Positions 15,985-25,438 of a stretch of DNA of 32,000 nucleotides are shown in pieces (positions within the stretch are counted from its first letter, which is position 1; every line of letters begins with the position of its first letter). Source of the stretch: Microcystis aeruginosa NIES-843 (GTDB lineage Bacteria > Cyanobacteriota > Cyanobacteriia > Cyanobacteriales > Microcystaceae); NCBI RefSeq assembly GCF_000010625.1, contig NC_010296.1:2280001-2312000 (forward strand), written 5' to 3'. Position numbers and translations under genes: made by a program. The notes under the pieces are model-generated. The model ran no database searches and was not told the origin of the DNA. It saw only the letters and a list, made by a program, of their open reading frames with translations.

Positions 15985-17013
15985 ATGGAATCCGCCTCTT
16001 TTATTCCCCGTCTAGTTATCCCCGTCGGTGATCCCGCCGGGATCGGCCCTGAAGTGGTGTTAAAAGCGATCGCCGATTCCCCAATCTCGTGCAGTTGTCA
16101 GATTACTCTAATCGGCACAAGAACGCTTCTCGAAAAAGCCTATCACGATCCCCATCTTCTCGATCGCTTTTCTCTGATCGATTTGCCCTACAATCAAGAA
16201 AAAATCGTTTGCGGGCGTGGGGATGCCCACAGTGGTGAAATTAGCTTTCTTTACCTGCAAGAAGCCATAAAACGCACCCTCAAGGGCGAATTTGACGGTA
16301 TTGTCACCGGTCCGATCGCTAAATCCTGTTGGCAGTTGGCTGGTTATGATTTCCCCGGTCAAACGGAGGTTTTGGCTACCATGGCGGGAATTAACCGTTA
16401 TGGGATGCTATTCGTCGCTAAATCCCCTCACACCGGCTATAACTTACGCACTCTCCTCGCCACTACCCACATCCCCCTGCGAGAAGTTCCCGATGCCCTT
16501 AACCCCGATCTGATGACCCGAAAACTAGATCTATTGATCGAGTCTTTAAAGCTAGATTTCGGCATCGATCGCCCAAAAATCGCCATATCCGGCCTTAATC
16601 CCCACAGTGGCGAAGCGGGAAAACTGGGAAGGGAAGAAAAGGACTGGTTACAGCCTTGGCTAGAGTCAATGGGGCAAAAATACCCGCAAACCCAATTAAT
16701 CGGCCTTGTCCCCCCCGATACGCTTTGGGTGGAACCGGGGCGCGCTTGGTTTAGCGGTCAAGGGCAACCCGCCGACGCATATCTGGCATTATACCACGAT
16801 CAGGGCTTAATTCCCGTGAAATTAATGGCTTTTGACTGTGCTGTTAATACTACCATCGGTTTGCCTTTTGTTCGCACCTCTCCAGACCACGGGACGGCTT
16901 TTGATATCGCCGGTCTTGGCATCGCTAGACCCCAGAGTATGCAAGCGGCGATCCAATTAGCGATCGAATTATGTCAGCAGCGGGACAGCCGGAGAACTAA
17001 ACTAGAGATATAG
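15985..17013 (+). CDS. pdxA: 4-hydroxythreonine-4-phosphate dehydrogenase
   Basis: 342-aa ORF with the motifs [19 protein letters not shown] and [12 protein letters not shown], which are typical of PdxA. Confidence 0.92.
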   Translation: MESASFIPRLVIPVGDPAGIGPEVVLKAIADSPISCSCQITLIGTRTLLEKAYHDPHLLDRFSLIDLPYNQEKIVCGRGDAHSGEISFLYLQEAIKRTLKGEFDGIVTGPIAKSCWQLAGYDFPGQTEVLATMAGINRYGMLFVAKSPHTGYNLRTLLATTHIPLREVPDALNPDLMTRKLDLLIESLKLDFGIDRPKIAISGLNPHSGEAGKLGREEKDWLQPWLESMGQKYPQTQLIGLVPPDTLWVEPGRAWFSGQGQPADAYLALYHDQGLIPVKLMAFDCAVNTTIGLPFVRTSPDHGTAFDIAGLGIARPQSMQAAIQLAIELCQQRDSRRTKLEI

Positions 17014-17037
17014 CGCTCGATAGGAGACAATTGGGAT

Positions 17038-18402
17038 ATGGGTATCGCTTCAGTTAACCCTGCCACTGGAGAAATTCTCAAGACTTTTACCCCTCTAACC
17101 TCGGAGGAATTGGCGGCGAAATTGGCCCTAGCTGAGGCCACTTTTCAGCAGTATCGCCGGACCGCCATCAGTGAACGGGGACAGTGGTTACGGCAAGCGG
17201 CGGATATTTTGGAACGGGATCAAGTAGCATTGGCTAAAACCATGACTTTAGAAATGGGGAAACCAATCAAATCAGCGATCGCGGAAGTCCTCAAATGTGC
17301 CTTGGTTTGTCGTTTTTATGCCGATAATGCCGCCGGTTATCTGGAAGATGTGCTGATTGCCACCGATGCTAGTCGCAGTTTTGTCCGTTATCAACCGTTA
17401 GGGGTAATTTTAGCGGTTATGCCCTGGAATTTCCCTTTATGGCAAGTATTTCGCTTTGCTGCCCCCGCTTTAATGGCGGGAAATGTCGGCCTACTCAAAC
17501 ACGCTTCTAATGTCCCCCAATCAGCTTTAGCGGTGGAAAGAATTTTATTAGAAGCCGGTTTTCCCGAAGGTGCTTTTCAAACTCTTTTGATCGGGGCCGA
17601 TCGCGTTAGTGATTTAATTAACGATGAACGGGTAAAAGCCGCCACTTTAACCGGTAGTGAACCGGCGGGGATGAGTTTAGCAGCCGCCGCGGGAAAACAG
17701 ATCAAAAAAGTGGTTTTGGAGTTGGGAGGTAGTGATCCTTTTATCGTTTTAGATACTGCCGATATCGAGGCGGCAGCGGCTACGGCAGTGACGGCGCGAT
17801 TGTTAAATAATGGTCAGACTTGTATCGCCGCTAAACGGTTTATTGTTATGGAAACTGTCGCCGATCAATTTGAACAGTTATTAGTGGCGAAATTCCAAGC
17901 TTTAAGAGTGGGTGATCCCCTCGATGAAACTGTTGATATCGGTCCTTTGGCCACGGTATCGATCGTCTCGGAAATTGCCCATCAAGTCGAAAAAACCGTC
18001 GCTATGGGTGGTAAAGTCCTTGTGGGGGGTCAACGTTTAGAGGGAAAAGGTAACTTTTATCTACCAACGATTTTAACCGATATTCCTGTCGGTTCTCCGG
18101 GGGAAAAAGAGGAATTTTTTGGACCGGTGGCTTTACTATTTCGAGTCAAAAATATCGATGAAGCGATCGCTTTAGCTAATGATAGTCCCTTTGGTTTAGG
18201 TTCTAGTGCTTGGACGAATAACCCCGCAGAAATTGAGCGTTTAATTACCGAAATTGAGGCCGGTTGTGTGTTTATTAACGGTATGGTTAAATCCGATCCT
18301 CGCTTGCCCTTTGGGGGTATTAAACGTTCTGGTTTTGGACGGGAATTAAGTGTCGAAGGTATTCGCGAATTTGTCAACGTTAAAACTGTTTGGATTAAGT
18401 AG
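17038..18402 (+). CDS. gabD: NAD(P)-dependent aldehyde dehydrogenase, succinate-semialdehyde dehydrogenase-like
   Basis: 454-aa ORF starting 24 nt after pdxA. ALDH motifs are present: LELGG, catalytic Cys in GQTCIAAKR, and EEFFGPV. The N-terminus resembles cyanobacterial SSADH. Substrate assignment is inference. Confidence 0.8.
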   Translation: MGIASVNPATGEILKTFTPLTSEELAAKLALAEATFQQYRRTAISERGQWLRQAADILERDQVALAKTMTLEMGKPIKSAIAEVLKCALVCRFYADNAAGYLEDVLIATDASRSFVRYQPLGVILAVMPWNFPLWQVFRFAAPALMAGNVGLLKHASNVPQSALAVERILLEAGFPEGAFQTLLIGADRVSDLINDERVKAATLTGSEPAGMSLAAAAGKQIKKVVLELGGSDPFIVLDTADIEAAAATAVTARLLNNGQTCIAAKRFIVMETVADQFEQLLVAKFQALRVGDPLDETVDIGPLATVSIVSEIAHQVEKTVAMGGKVLVGGQRLEGKGNFYLPTILTDIPVGSPGEKEEFFGPVALLFRVKNIDEAIALANDSPFGLGSSAWTNNPAEIERLITEIEAGCVFINGMVKSDPRLPFGGIKRSGFGRELSVEGIREFVNVKTVWIK

Positions 18403-18620
18403 GGTCTGCTGAAAAAGTTTTTCCTAGGGGCAGGGTGTAGGGTGTAGGGTGTGGGGTGTGGGGTTTTACCCATTTTCATCGGGTAAATTACCTAATTTTC
18501 AGGGAAAAAGTCCAGGGATTTTCCCCCCGACCACTCCCATATCTGGTACTTTTTGATTGACAAAAAGTCTAAAAGTCTTACCCAACAAGGTTTTTAGATT
18601 TATTCAGCTAACCCTAAGTA
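18401..18620. mobile_element. MITE-like unit bounded by inverted TAGGGTYNGCTGAA ends
   Basis: The left end is TAGGGTCTGCTGAAAAAG (18400-) and the right end is TTCAGCTAACCCTAAG (18603-18618), which are inverted repeats. The unit contains a short (GGGTGT[A/G])n run at 18427-18466. TA dinucleotides flank the GGGT...ACCC cores. Confidence 0.5.
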
Positions 18621-18624
18621 AATC

Positions 18625-18736
18625 AGTAGTGGACTGTTTCAGCTAATTTGGTGTATTAGAAAAATGCTATAAATTCTATAATCTAAGATTTTAAGCCGAA
18701 ATCTATTGCCCTATTTTAGTTGAAACAGTCCAGTAG
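18625..18736. repeat. Small inverted-repeat element (about 112 bp)
   Basis: AGTAGTGGACTGTTTCAGCTA (18625-18645) against TAGTTGAAACAGTCCAGTAG (18717-18736) is an inverted repeat of about 20 bp with 2-3 mismatches around an AT-rich core. Confidence 0.45.
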
Positions 18737-18821
18737 GGTGGGTTAGCAACGCGTAACCCACCACCATAACCAAAATCACCCACCACAATTGTCGGTGCGT
18801 TACGCTATCGAAGAGCGCACC
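18737..18821. repeat. REP-like GC-rich hairpins
   Basis: GGTGGGTTA-N8-TAACCCACC (18737-18762) and GGTGCG...CGCACC (18794-18821). Both are palindromic units of a type common in cyanobacterial intergenic DNA. Confidence 0.4.
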
Positions 18822-18836
18822 CTACGGATTAAAAAT

Positions 18837-18939
18837 ATGCCGCGCATTTTTGATAATATTGAGTCCCATTTATTGCCAATTTTACAGAAAAGGGGCTGAT
18901 TTTTGTGTGGGTTATTTTAATTTGCGCGGTTGGCAGTAA
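18837..18939 (+). pseudogene. Relic of the N-terminus of a PLD-like/helicase (restriction or SNF2-type) gene
   Basis: MPRIFDNIESHLLPILQKRG* (18837-18899) is followed, in a shifted frame, by ADFCVGYFNLRGWQ* (18895-18939). Both peptides match the conserved N-terminal motif of cyanobacterial PLD-domain helicases as I remember it. No gene body follows. Confidence 0.5.
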
Positions 18940-19015
18940 CCTTTACACCTTTAATACCTTTGACCTTTATGATGAGCTAAGGCCATTTGATAACAAGAAA
19001 TGGGGGATACTCCTT

Positions 19016-19207
19016 TTAATCTTTGTCCTCAGTCATTTCTTCCCAAATAGCAACGACTATACTAATAGGTAAAAAAACAACAAGAAAGGGAATATAAATT
19101 AAAGTTATTAATAAATCAATCAAAAAAATTAGGTCTCGAATATTATATTTACAAAAACGAAATAAGCCATTTTCAAATTGATTCCACAATCGGTAAAGCC
19201 ACCTCAT
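19016..19207 (-). CDS. Doubtful small hydrophobic ORF (63 aa)
   Basis: ORF-track entry in an AT-rich, gene-poor stretch with one hydrophobic segment. There is no recognisable RBS or family. Confidence 0.2.
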   Translation of the reverse strand: MRWLYRLWNQFENGLFRFCKYNIRDLIFLIDLLITLIYIPFLVVFLPISIVVAIWEEMTEDKD

Positions 19208-19499
19208 ACTAAATCCGTTGAGTATAGGCTACATATCAGGAGAGGCACTCATGCAAAAGGGAGAATAAATAATCAGTCTTTAATAACCGGATTTAGTATT
19301 ACTCTACGTTTCATTTTTAAACTATCTAAACTTGTGTTCATAACCCTTTGAAAGTGAAGAGATACTTTTTTAGCGTATCTGGATTTTGTGTATTTTCTCA
19401 GTTTTTTTTCAACTTTACTCCAGTATCTAATTTACTCTTAATAGAAAGAATAGATTCATAAATATATTTCTATATAATAGCCCCATTCATGCAATTGTA

Positions 19500-19545
19500 C
19501 TCCTGACTCCTAACCCAACCAACAAACTTTTTCAGCCAACCCTAC
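19500..19545. repeat. Inverted copy of the 22-nt motif with two CTCCTGA-like units
   Basis: The reverse complement reads TAA-GTAGGGTTGGCTGAAAAAGTTTGTTGGTTGGGTTAGGAGTCAGGAG. The 22-nt core is identical to 14422-14443. Confidence 0.7.
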
Positions 19546-20658
19546 TTAGGTTCTCACTAAGGATTTATTGACAGTGGCTTCAATTTGATAAATAGATGAA
19601 AGGACGCTACCTTGATGATTATTGACCAGATCGTATTTGACTTCTTGTAAATAATTAAAAATGGCATCCCGCAGAATCGGTTTTTCAATGTTTACCCGGT
19701 GCTGATAGTCCCATAAATCCCAAACTATCAAACCAATTCCCACGATTGGATCGATTAATTCTGCCCCAAAACTACTCGCTACTGCCCCACCGGTTTTAGT
19801 GGCAATTTTCGCCCCCGTTTTTCCCGCTAGGGACAAATAAACTGTACTGCCCACTTTCATCACTGGGACCAGAGATTTAACTCCTAAAGCAGTGGTGCCA
19901 CCGACTAAAAGTTTAATTGATGTGTTAGAAATATTGCCCTCGGTATCTTTAATTGTTACGGCTATATCACTAAGATAACGGTCCCATTTGCCTTGGGGAA
20001 TTTGATAACTAGCCTGTATATTTGCCAATTCATTGCTTAAATTATTGACATATAAATTAACAGCATCCCTAGTAATTCTCTCTAGACGCAATTGAGCCTC
20101 TTGGGGACGAATTACCCGTTTAGTAAACTCGGTTTGAATAGTTTTGGTCAAATTTTCTGCCACCACCTGTTCCGGGAGTGGATTATCTGTATTGACCCAG
20201 TGAGCGATCGAGGAGTATAATCCGCTTAAAAAGGCCTTGCCCTCAAATTGTTTTTGATTGAAATAGTTAAAATACCAAGGCAGAAAACCCTGATCTACTC
20301 GTGTCATCAACTCCTCCACCCATCCCTCAATTTCTCCTAGGGCGAAGCTTTGAGAATTTGCTCTCGCTGTCTGTAAAGCTTGGCTAATCTCCCGATCGAT
20401 TTGACTGTTAGATTTTTCGGGTATAGTGATGGGAATCTCTAGGTTAGTTTCGGTAGCAACCCTAGTTTTTAACGGTTCATTGCCGGCAGTTCCTAGCCAA
20501 ATTTTCCCTAAAAGAGGCAAGATAACCACTAGAACAACTATAGCCCAAATTAACGGGGTTATTGCCTTAATCAGTTGACTGATTGCCTGAATGCGGTTAG
20601 TTTTTTCACTATACTGAGGTGGCTCAATATTCTCTTGTGAATCTGGCCTGGAGTTCAT
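19546..20658 (-). CDS. Hypothetical membrane protein
   Basis: 370-aa ORF with an N-terminal TM helix (ITPLIWAIVVLVVILPLLG) and C-terminal Gly/Ala-rich hydrophobic segments. No family recognised. Confidence 0.7.
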   Translation of the reverse strand: MNSRPDSQENIEPPQYSEKTNRIQAISQLIKAITPLIWAIVVLVVILPLLGKIWLGTAGNEPLKTRVATETNLEIPITIPEKSNSQIDREISQALQTARANSQSFALGEIEGWVEELMTRVDQGFLPWYFNYFNQKQFEGKAFLSGLYSSIAHWVNTDNPLPEQVVAENLTKTIQTEFTKRVIRPQEAQLRLERITRDAVNLYVNNLSNELANIQASYQIPQGKWDRYLSDIAVTIKDTEGNISNTSIKLLVGGTTALGVKSLVPVMKVGSTVYLSLAGKTGAKIATKTGGAVASSFGAELIDPIVGIGLIVWDLWDYQHRVNIEKPILRDAIFNYLQEVKYDLVNNHQGSVLSSIYQIEATVNKSLVRT

Positions 20659-20788
20659 CAGTTAACCTACTTAAAATTATTAGATCATTGTTCTCAAAAA
20701 ACCGCAGAAACCCCAATTTTCCGAGCAGTAATCTGGAGAGGACATTATCGGGCAAAAGGCAGCCAATACCCGATAAATATCGGCAATT

Positions 20789-21103
20789 TTAGCGAATCTC
20801 TGCCTTCATCCGTTCAAGGGTTTGCTGCATTTGGTCGAACATCATTTGGGGAGTCATACCAAATTGACCTAATTGGGTTTTTAGCTGTTCTACGGTCATT
20901 TGGGCGGAAAAATCCTCAGATAACTCAAAACGCTTCATAAATATCTTGTAGCGTTCCATTAACTCCTCCATCCTATCGATAAAGATTATTTTACCCTCTC
21001 GATCGAATTTACCGTACTCGCTGCCTAGTTGTGTGAGAGACTGGTAATCTTCAAATAGCTGTCTAGCTTCCTGTTGAACCACTTCTGAGTCAAAGAATCC
21101 CAT
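20789..21103 (-). CDS. DUF1825-type conserved cyanobacterial protein
   Basis: 104-aa ORF MGFFDSEVVQQEA..LFEDYQ...GKFDREGK...FMKRFELS.DF. This matches the family pattern as I remember it. Confidence 0.75.
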   Translation of the reverse strand: MGFFDSEVVQQEARQLFEDYQSLTQLGSEYGKFDREGKIIFIDRMEELMERYKIFMKRFELSEDFSAQMTVEQLKTQLGQFGMTPQMMFDQMQQTLERMKAEIR

Positions 21104-21355
21104 AATCTTAAAACTGCTTATCGTCGATAGTTATTCTCTCCCCTATTTTATTTTAGCCTGGGAAAAAGTCTAGCTCCAGCCGATTTACGGATTACCGTAT
21201 TGGGGAAATCGAGAAGATCACAAACGACCCCCGTCCCGGTTTAACCGTTGCCCCAGGGAGTTTAAGATTAAAAGTGATCAGACCTCTTGTAAAAATCAAA
21301 AATTGTCCTTTAACTGCCCCACAGTGGCTATTTCGCTAAATTTGGGCTGCAGCCC

Positions 21356-22105
21356 TTATAATTTGCCAAAACGACGATGACGACCCTGATAATCTTTTAA
21401 AGCGCGGTGAAATTGCACTCGATCGAAATCGGGCCAGAGGGTGTCAGTAACGTAGATTTCCGCGTAGGCCATTTGCCAGAGTAAAAAATTACTAATTCGC
21501 ATTTCCCCACTACTGCGAATTAACAGGTCTGGGTTAGGAATCCCGGCAGTATAAAGATACTGTTCAAAGAGAGATTCATCGATCGCTTCCGGGGAGACTA
21601 AACCCTGTTGCACCTGACGAGCGATCGCCTGACAAGCTTGCACGATCTCCTCTCGGCCACCATAATTAGTAGCCACCGTAAATTGAATACCGGAATTTTT
21701 GCTAGTTTCTGCTTGAGATTTAGCAATTTCCCGTCTTAAAGACTCTGGCAAGGCTGATAAATTACCAATAAAGCGAATTTTGACATTTTGCTGCATCATT
21801 TCTTCTAATTCGCGCCGCAAAACCCGCTCGAATAGAGTCATTAAAAACTCTACTTCCTCGAGGGGACGACCCCAATTTTCTGTAGAAAAAGCATAAGCGG
21901 TTAAAGCGGGAATCCCCCAGTCACGACAACAGCGCAGCAAGTCTTTTAGTGCATCTACTCCCCGTTGATGGCCCATAATCCGCGGTAAACCACGATTTTT
22001 CGCCCAACGACCGTTCCCATCCATAATCACTGCGACGTGCTGAGGCAAACGGTTTTTATCTAAATCCGTAGGTAATTCTGGTGACAAGCTCGGTTTAAGA
22101 GTCAT
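21356..22105 (-). CDS. uppS: Undecaprenyl-diphosphate synthase (cis-isoprenyl transferase)
   Basis: 249-aa ORF with the motifs [24 protein letters not shown] and RSSGE.R.SNFLLWQ.AY.E. Confidence 0.95.
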   Translation of the reverse strand: MTLKPSLSPELPTDLDKNRLPQHVAVIMDGNGRWAKNRGLPRIMGHQRGVDALKDLLRCCRDWGIPALTAYAFSTENWGRPLEEVEFLMTLFERVLRRELEEMMQQNVKIRFIGNLSALPESLRREIAKSQAETSKNSGIQFTVATNYGGREEIVQACQAIARQVQQGLVSPEAIDESLFEQYLYTAGIPNPDLLIRSSGEMRISNFLLWQMAYAEIYVTDTLWPDFDRVQFHRALKDYQGRHRRFGKL

Positions 22106-23022
22106 TTTCTATCTTTGGGGGTTGCTCTGGGCGAACGGGAGAATTTTTCTAAGATTAGACGACCTTTTAAGCCAATTGTACGCCCTAAACGTCCCCAACT
22201 CGGTGCGACCACTTCCCCCTCTCCCGACGGAGAAAACTTCGCTTCGAGAAGCTCTTTTAGTTTACTACTGGTTAAAGGCCGATCCAAATTACCCCCCGAC
22301 GCGAGGGAAATCGAGCCGGTTTCCTCAGAAACCACAATACAGATACAATTATCTAGCCTTTCGGTAATGCCCATGGCCGCCCGATGACGGGTGCCTAATT
22401 GCCTAGAGGTACTGCGCTCCGATAAGGGTAGAATAACACCCGCGGCCACCACTCGATCGCCCCGAATAAATACGGCCCCATCGTGCAGTAAAGTTTTAGT
22501 TTGAAAAATAGTTTGAATTAATTCCTTAGATACTTGGCCATTGAGCGTCACCCCCGGATTGACAAACACTTTGGTGTCGAGATTGCCACTGGTTTCTAAT
22601 ACCATCAGCGCACCGGTGCGATTTTGAGATAGATCCTTCACCGCGTCCACTAACTCATCAATGACATTATCGGTCTTGGGAGTGGGGGAACTTTTTTTAA
22701 ATAATTCCCACACTTGACCTTTGCCCAATAATTCTAAAAAACGGCGGAATTCCGACTGAAAAATCACAGCAATCGCCACTGCTGCCCCCAAAATCAATTT
22801 TTCTAGGACTAACCCCAGCAAGCGCAATCCTAGGGCATCGCTAATCACCGAGGCCAGCATTAAGTAGATTAGTCCTCGCACCATCCAAAAGGTACGCCGC
22901 TCGCCGATAATTAGCAGCAGCATATAGGTAAGGAGGAGAACTAACCCAAAGTCTAGGACTGACAGACCATGGCTGAGAATCCAGGACAATAACCGGCGAG
23001 GGTCCAGAAAAAAACCCGACAT
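22102..23022 (-). CDS. cdaA: Diadenylate cyclase (c-di-AMP synthase), membrane-bound CdaA type
   Basis: 306-aa ORF with three N-terminal TM helices and a DAC domain ([27 protein letters not shown]). Its stop overlaps the uppS start (ATGA at 22102-22105). Confidence 0.93.
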   Translation of the reverse strand: MSGFFLDPRRLLSWILSHGLSVLDFGLVLLLTYMLLLIIGERRTFWMVRGLIYLMLASVISDALGLRLLGLVLEKLILGAAVAIAVIFQSEFRRFLELLGKGQVWELFKKSSPTPKTDNVIDELVDAVKDLSQNRTGALMVLETSGNLDTKVFVNPGVTLNGQVSKELIQTIFQTKTLLHDGAVFIRGDRVVAAGVILPLSERSTSRQLGTRHRAAMGITERLDNCICIVVSEETGSISLASGGNLDRPLTSSKLKELLEAKFSPSGEGEVVAPSWGRLGRTIGLKGRLILEKFSRSPRATPKDRK

Positions 23023-23043
23023 GGGGGACGATAGCGATGAGGT

Positions 23044-24447
23044 TTATATCAAGGAGAGTCGATTGGGTAAGCGGTCTTGACGCAGCAAATCCGCCAGATT
23101 TTCCCGTTCAAGGATCAGATTAGCTTCTCCATTTTGGACAATTACCGCCGCCGGACGGGGTAAGCGGTTGTAATTAGAAGCCATGCTGTAGTTATAGGCC
23201 CCCGTGGCTAAAACCACTAAAATATCCCCCGGGTTGGTTTTCGGTAGCGTAATATCCTTAATTAGAATATCGCCAGATTCACAATGCTTTCCAGCTATTG
23301 TCACCACTTCCTGACATTCTTGACTCATTTTATTGGCGACCACGGCCCGGTAAACCGATTGATAGGTAATCGGTCGGGGATTATCAGACATTCCGCCATC
23401 AACGGCGATATAGGTGCGGATTTCGGGGATTTCCTTGCGATTACCCACTGTATAGGCCGTTACGCAAGCGGTGGCAATCAGAGAGCGTCCCGGTTCGGCA
23501 ATGAGCAGCGGATAAGCGATACCTCTTTCCTGACAAGCTTTGGCCACTGCTAAGGACACTGCTTGCACCCATTCCTCGATACTTGGGGGGTCATCACTTT
23601 CGAGGTAGCGAATCCCTAAACCACCACCCACATTTAATTGCTCTAGGGGTAAACCCCGTTCTAAACCTAATTTAAACCAATCTGCCAGCACAGCGGCTAA
23701 GTCTTGGTGGGGTTGACGTTCAAAAATCTGGGAACCGATGTGAGCGTGTAAACCCAGACAATTCAGCAGCGGATGAGCTAAAACATAGTCAAATACCGCT
23801 TCGATTTGATGGGGGTCAAAACCAAATTTACTGTCTAAGTGACCCGTGCGAATATATTCGTGGGTGTGGCACTCGATACCGGGGGTTAACCGCAACAGGA
23901 TCGGAATAGGGGTATCAGGACGATTTTCGCCTAATTTAACCAGATTTTCTAACTCTAGCCAGTTATCAACGATAATAATGCAGTTATGCTCGATCGCATA
24001 CTCTAACTCGGCGATCGATTTGTTATTACCATGAAAGTATATCGGCACATCGGTTTTCTTGATCTGGTCTAAAGCGGTTAACACCGTGTGAATTTCTCCG
24101 GCCGACACCACATCAAAACCTAATCCCTCCCTAGCGACCACGGCCGATAGGGCCAGGCAATTCCACGCTTTCGAGGCATAAATTACCCTAGATTCTCCGG
24201 GATAATGAGTCTGGAAACCTTGCAGGTATTGACGACAGGCAGTGCGGAGGGTGACTTCATCGACAATATACAAGGGTGAACCGAAACGTTCCACTAGGGT
24301 GGTGACATCACAACCACCGATTTCTAGACAATCGCGGTTATTAACCTTGGCTGTCAGGGGGAACAGGGTTTGATTCGGGGATAGACAATCTTGATAGGCT
24401 AAATATTTTTGTCCGGAATTGTTGATTTTAGGTTCAGTTGATAGCAT
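23044..24447 (-). CDS. lysA: Diaminopimelate decarboxylase
   Basis: 467-aa ORF of the PLP-dependent group IV decarboxylase type (YASKA, HAHIGSQ, GGGLGI, EPGRS, CESGD). It ends 21 nt upstream of the cdaA start. Confidence 0.95.
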   Translation of the reverse strand: MLSTEPKINNSGQKYLAYQDCLSPNQTLFPLTAKVNNRDCLEIGGCDVTTLVERFGSPLYIVDEVTLRTACRQYLQGFQTHYPGESRVIYASKAWNCLALSAVVAREGLGFDVVSAGEIHTVLTALDQIKKTDVPIYFHGNNKSIAELEYAIEHNCIIIVDNWLELENLVKLGENRPDTPIPILLRLTPGIECHTHEYIRTGHLDSKFGFDPHQIEAVFDYVLAHPLLNCLGLHAHIGSQIFERQPHQDLAAVLADWFKLGLERGLPLEQLNVGGGLGIRYLESDDPPSIEEWVQAVSLAVAKACQERGIAYPLLIAEPGRSLIATACVTAYTVGNRKEIPEIRTYIAVDGGMSDNPRPITYQSVYRAVVANKMSQECQEVVTIAGKHCESGDILIKDITLPKTNPGDILVVLATGAYNYSMASNYNRLPRPAAVIVQNGEANLILERENLADLLRQDRLPNRLSLI

Positions 24448-24675
24448 AATCGGAGTTTTTTGTCAAGCAATCGATAATTTTTGTTACAATCTCTGCCCAT
24501 CACCGATTCAGTCAAGGGAATTTTGACCGTCGGTGATCTAGATAGCCAAAATAGTTCTCTCTTTCAGTGTACGATCAACCACCCGCTAAAAATCCCTTTT
24601 TTGTCGGGAAAAAATCGAGCAGCGACCCCGAAATAGTGGTAATAGTATTGAAGGAGTGGTCTTAAAAGTGATGAT

Positions 24676-25401
24676 ATGACTGACCAGAATGGCGTGTTAG
24701 TAGAAGAACAGAGCGAGGATATTACCCGCAAGATGAGTCAATTAGCCACCGAGTCGCCGAAAAATCAATTACAAATCCTGACACAATTAGCCGGGGCCGG
24801 AGAAGGTGGCCTAACTGTATTGAGAGATTTTTTGTTGGCCCAGCAGCCCACTCCTGTTAATCTGGTGACAGGTAAGGCCTATCAATTGCTATACCAAGAT
24901 AATAGCGCTCAGAGCAAGGAATTTTTAGCTAATTATTTCCCCACGGGTGTTGTTCCCCTCGATAGTGCTAAGGGTATCGATTATCGACTTTTACAGGAAT
25001 TATTGGCTAAACAGGATTTTCAAACTGCCGATAGTCTCACCCGTCAAAAACTCTGTGAATTAGCAGGAGAAGCAGCAATACAGAGGAAATGGGTCTATTT
25101 TACGGAAGTAGAAGCTTTTCCCGGTGTAGATATTCAGACTATTGATCATCTTTGGTTAGTTCATTCGGAAGGGAAATTCGGTTGGTCGGTGCAGCGCAAA
25201 TTATGGATAGGTGTGGGACAAGATTTCCCGAAACTCTGGCCGAAAATTGGCTGGAAAAATGGCAATAATTGGACGAAATACCCGCAGGAATTTATCTGGG
25301 ATTTAAGCGCTCCCGTGGGCCATTTACCCCTGTTAAATCAACTGCGCGGGGTGAGAGTGGCCGCCTCTTTATTCTCCCATCCCGTCTGGAGTGAAAAATA
25401 G
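24676..25401 (+). CDS. gun4: GUN4-domain protein (Mg-chelatase activator family)
   Basis: 241-aa ORF. The C-terminal core ...DF..AD..T..KL.ELAG......RKW.YFTEV..FP..DL.TID.LW...S.GKFG.SVQ is characteristic of GUN4. Confidence 0.88.
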   Translation: MTDQNGVLVEEQSEDITRKMSQLATESPKNQLQILTQLAGAGEGGLTVLRDFLLAQQPTPVNLVTGKAYQLLYQDNSAQSKEFLANYFPTGVVPLDSAKGIDYRLLQELLAKQDFQTADSLTRQKLCELAGEAAIQRKWVYFTEVEAFPGVDIQTIDHLWLVHSEGKFGWSVQRKLWIGVGQDFPKLWPKIGWKNGNNWTKYPQEFIWDLSAPVGHLPLLNQLRGVRVAASLFSHPVWSEK

Positions 25402-25438
25402 ATTGAGATCATTTGAACTCGGGTATTGTATCAGCTTT

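Noticed and set aside
18057-18479. 140-aa minus-strand ORF
   Set aside because: It is antisense to the 3' end of the aldehyde dehydrogenase gene. Its N-terminus is a translation of the heptamer repeat (PHPTPYTLHP).
22115-22387. Two plus-strand ORFs (90 and 81 aa)
   Set aside because: They are antisense to cdaA, whose DAC-domain motifs define the real frame.
24448-24675. Possible lysine riboswitch or other leader upstream of lysA, and NtcA-type GTA-N8-TAC sites in the lysA/gun4 divergent region
   Set aside because: I could not recognise L-box conserved elements or an exact GTA-N8-TAC palindrome by eye. A covariance-model scan would be needed.
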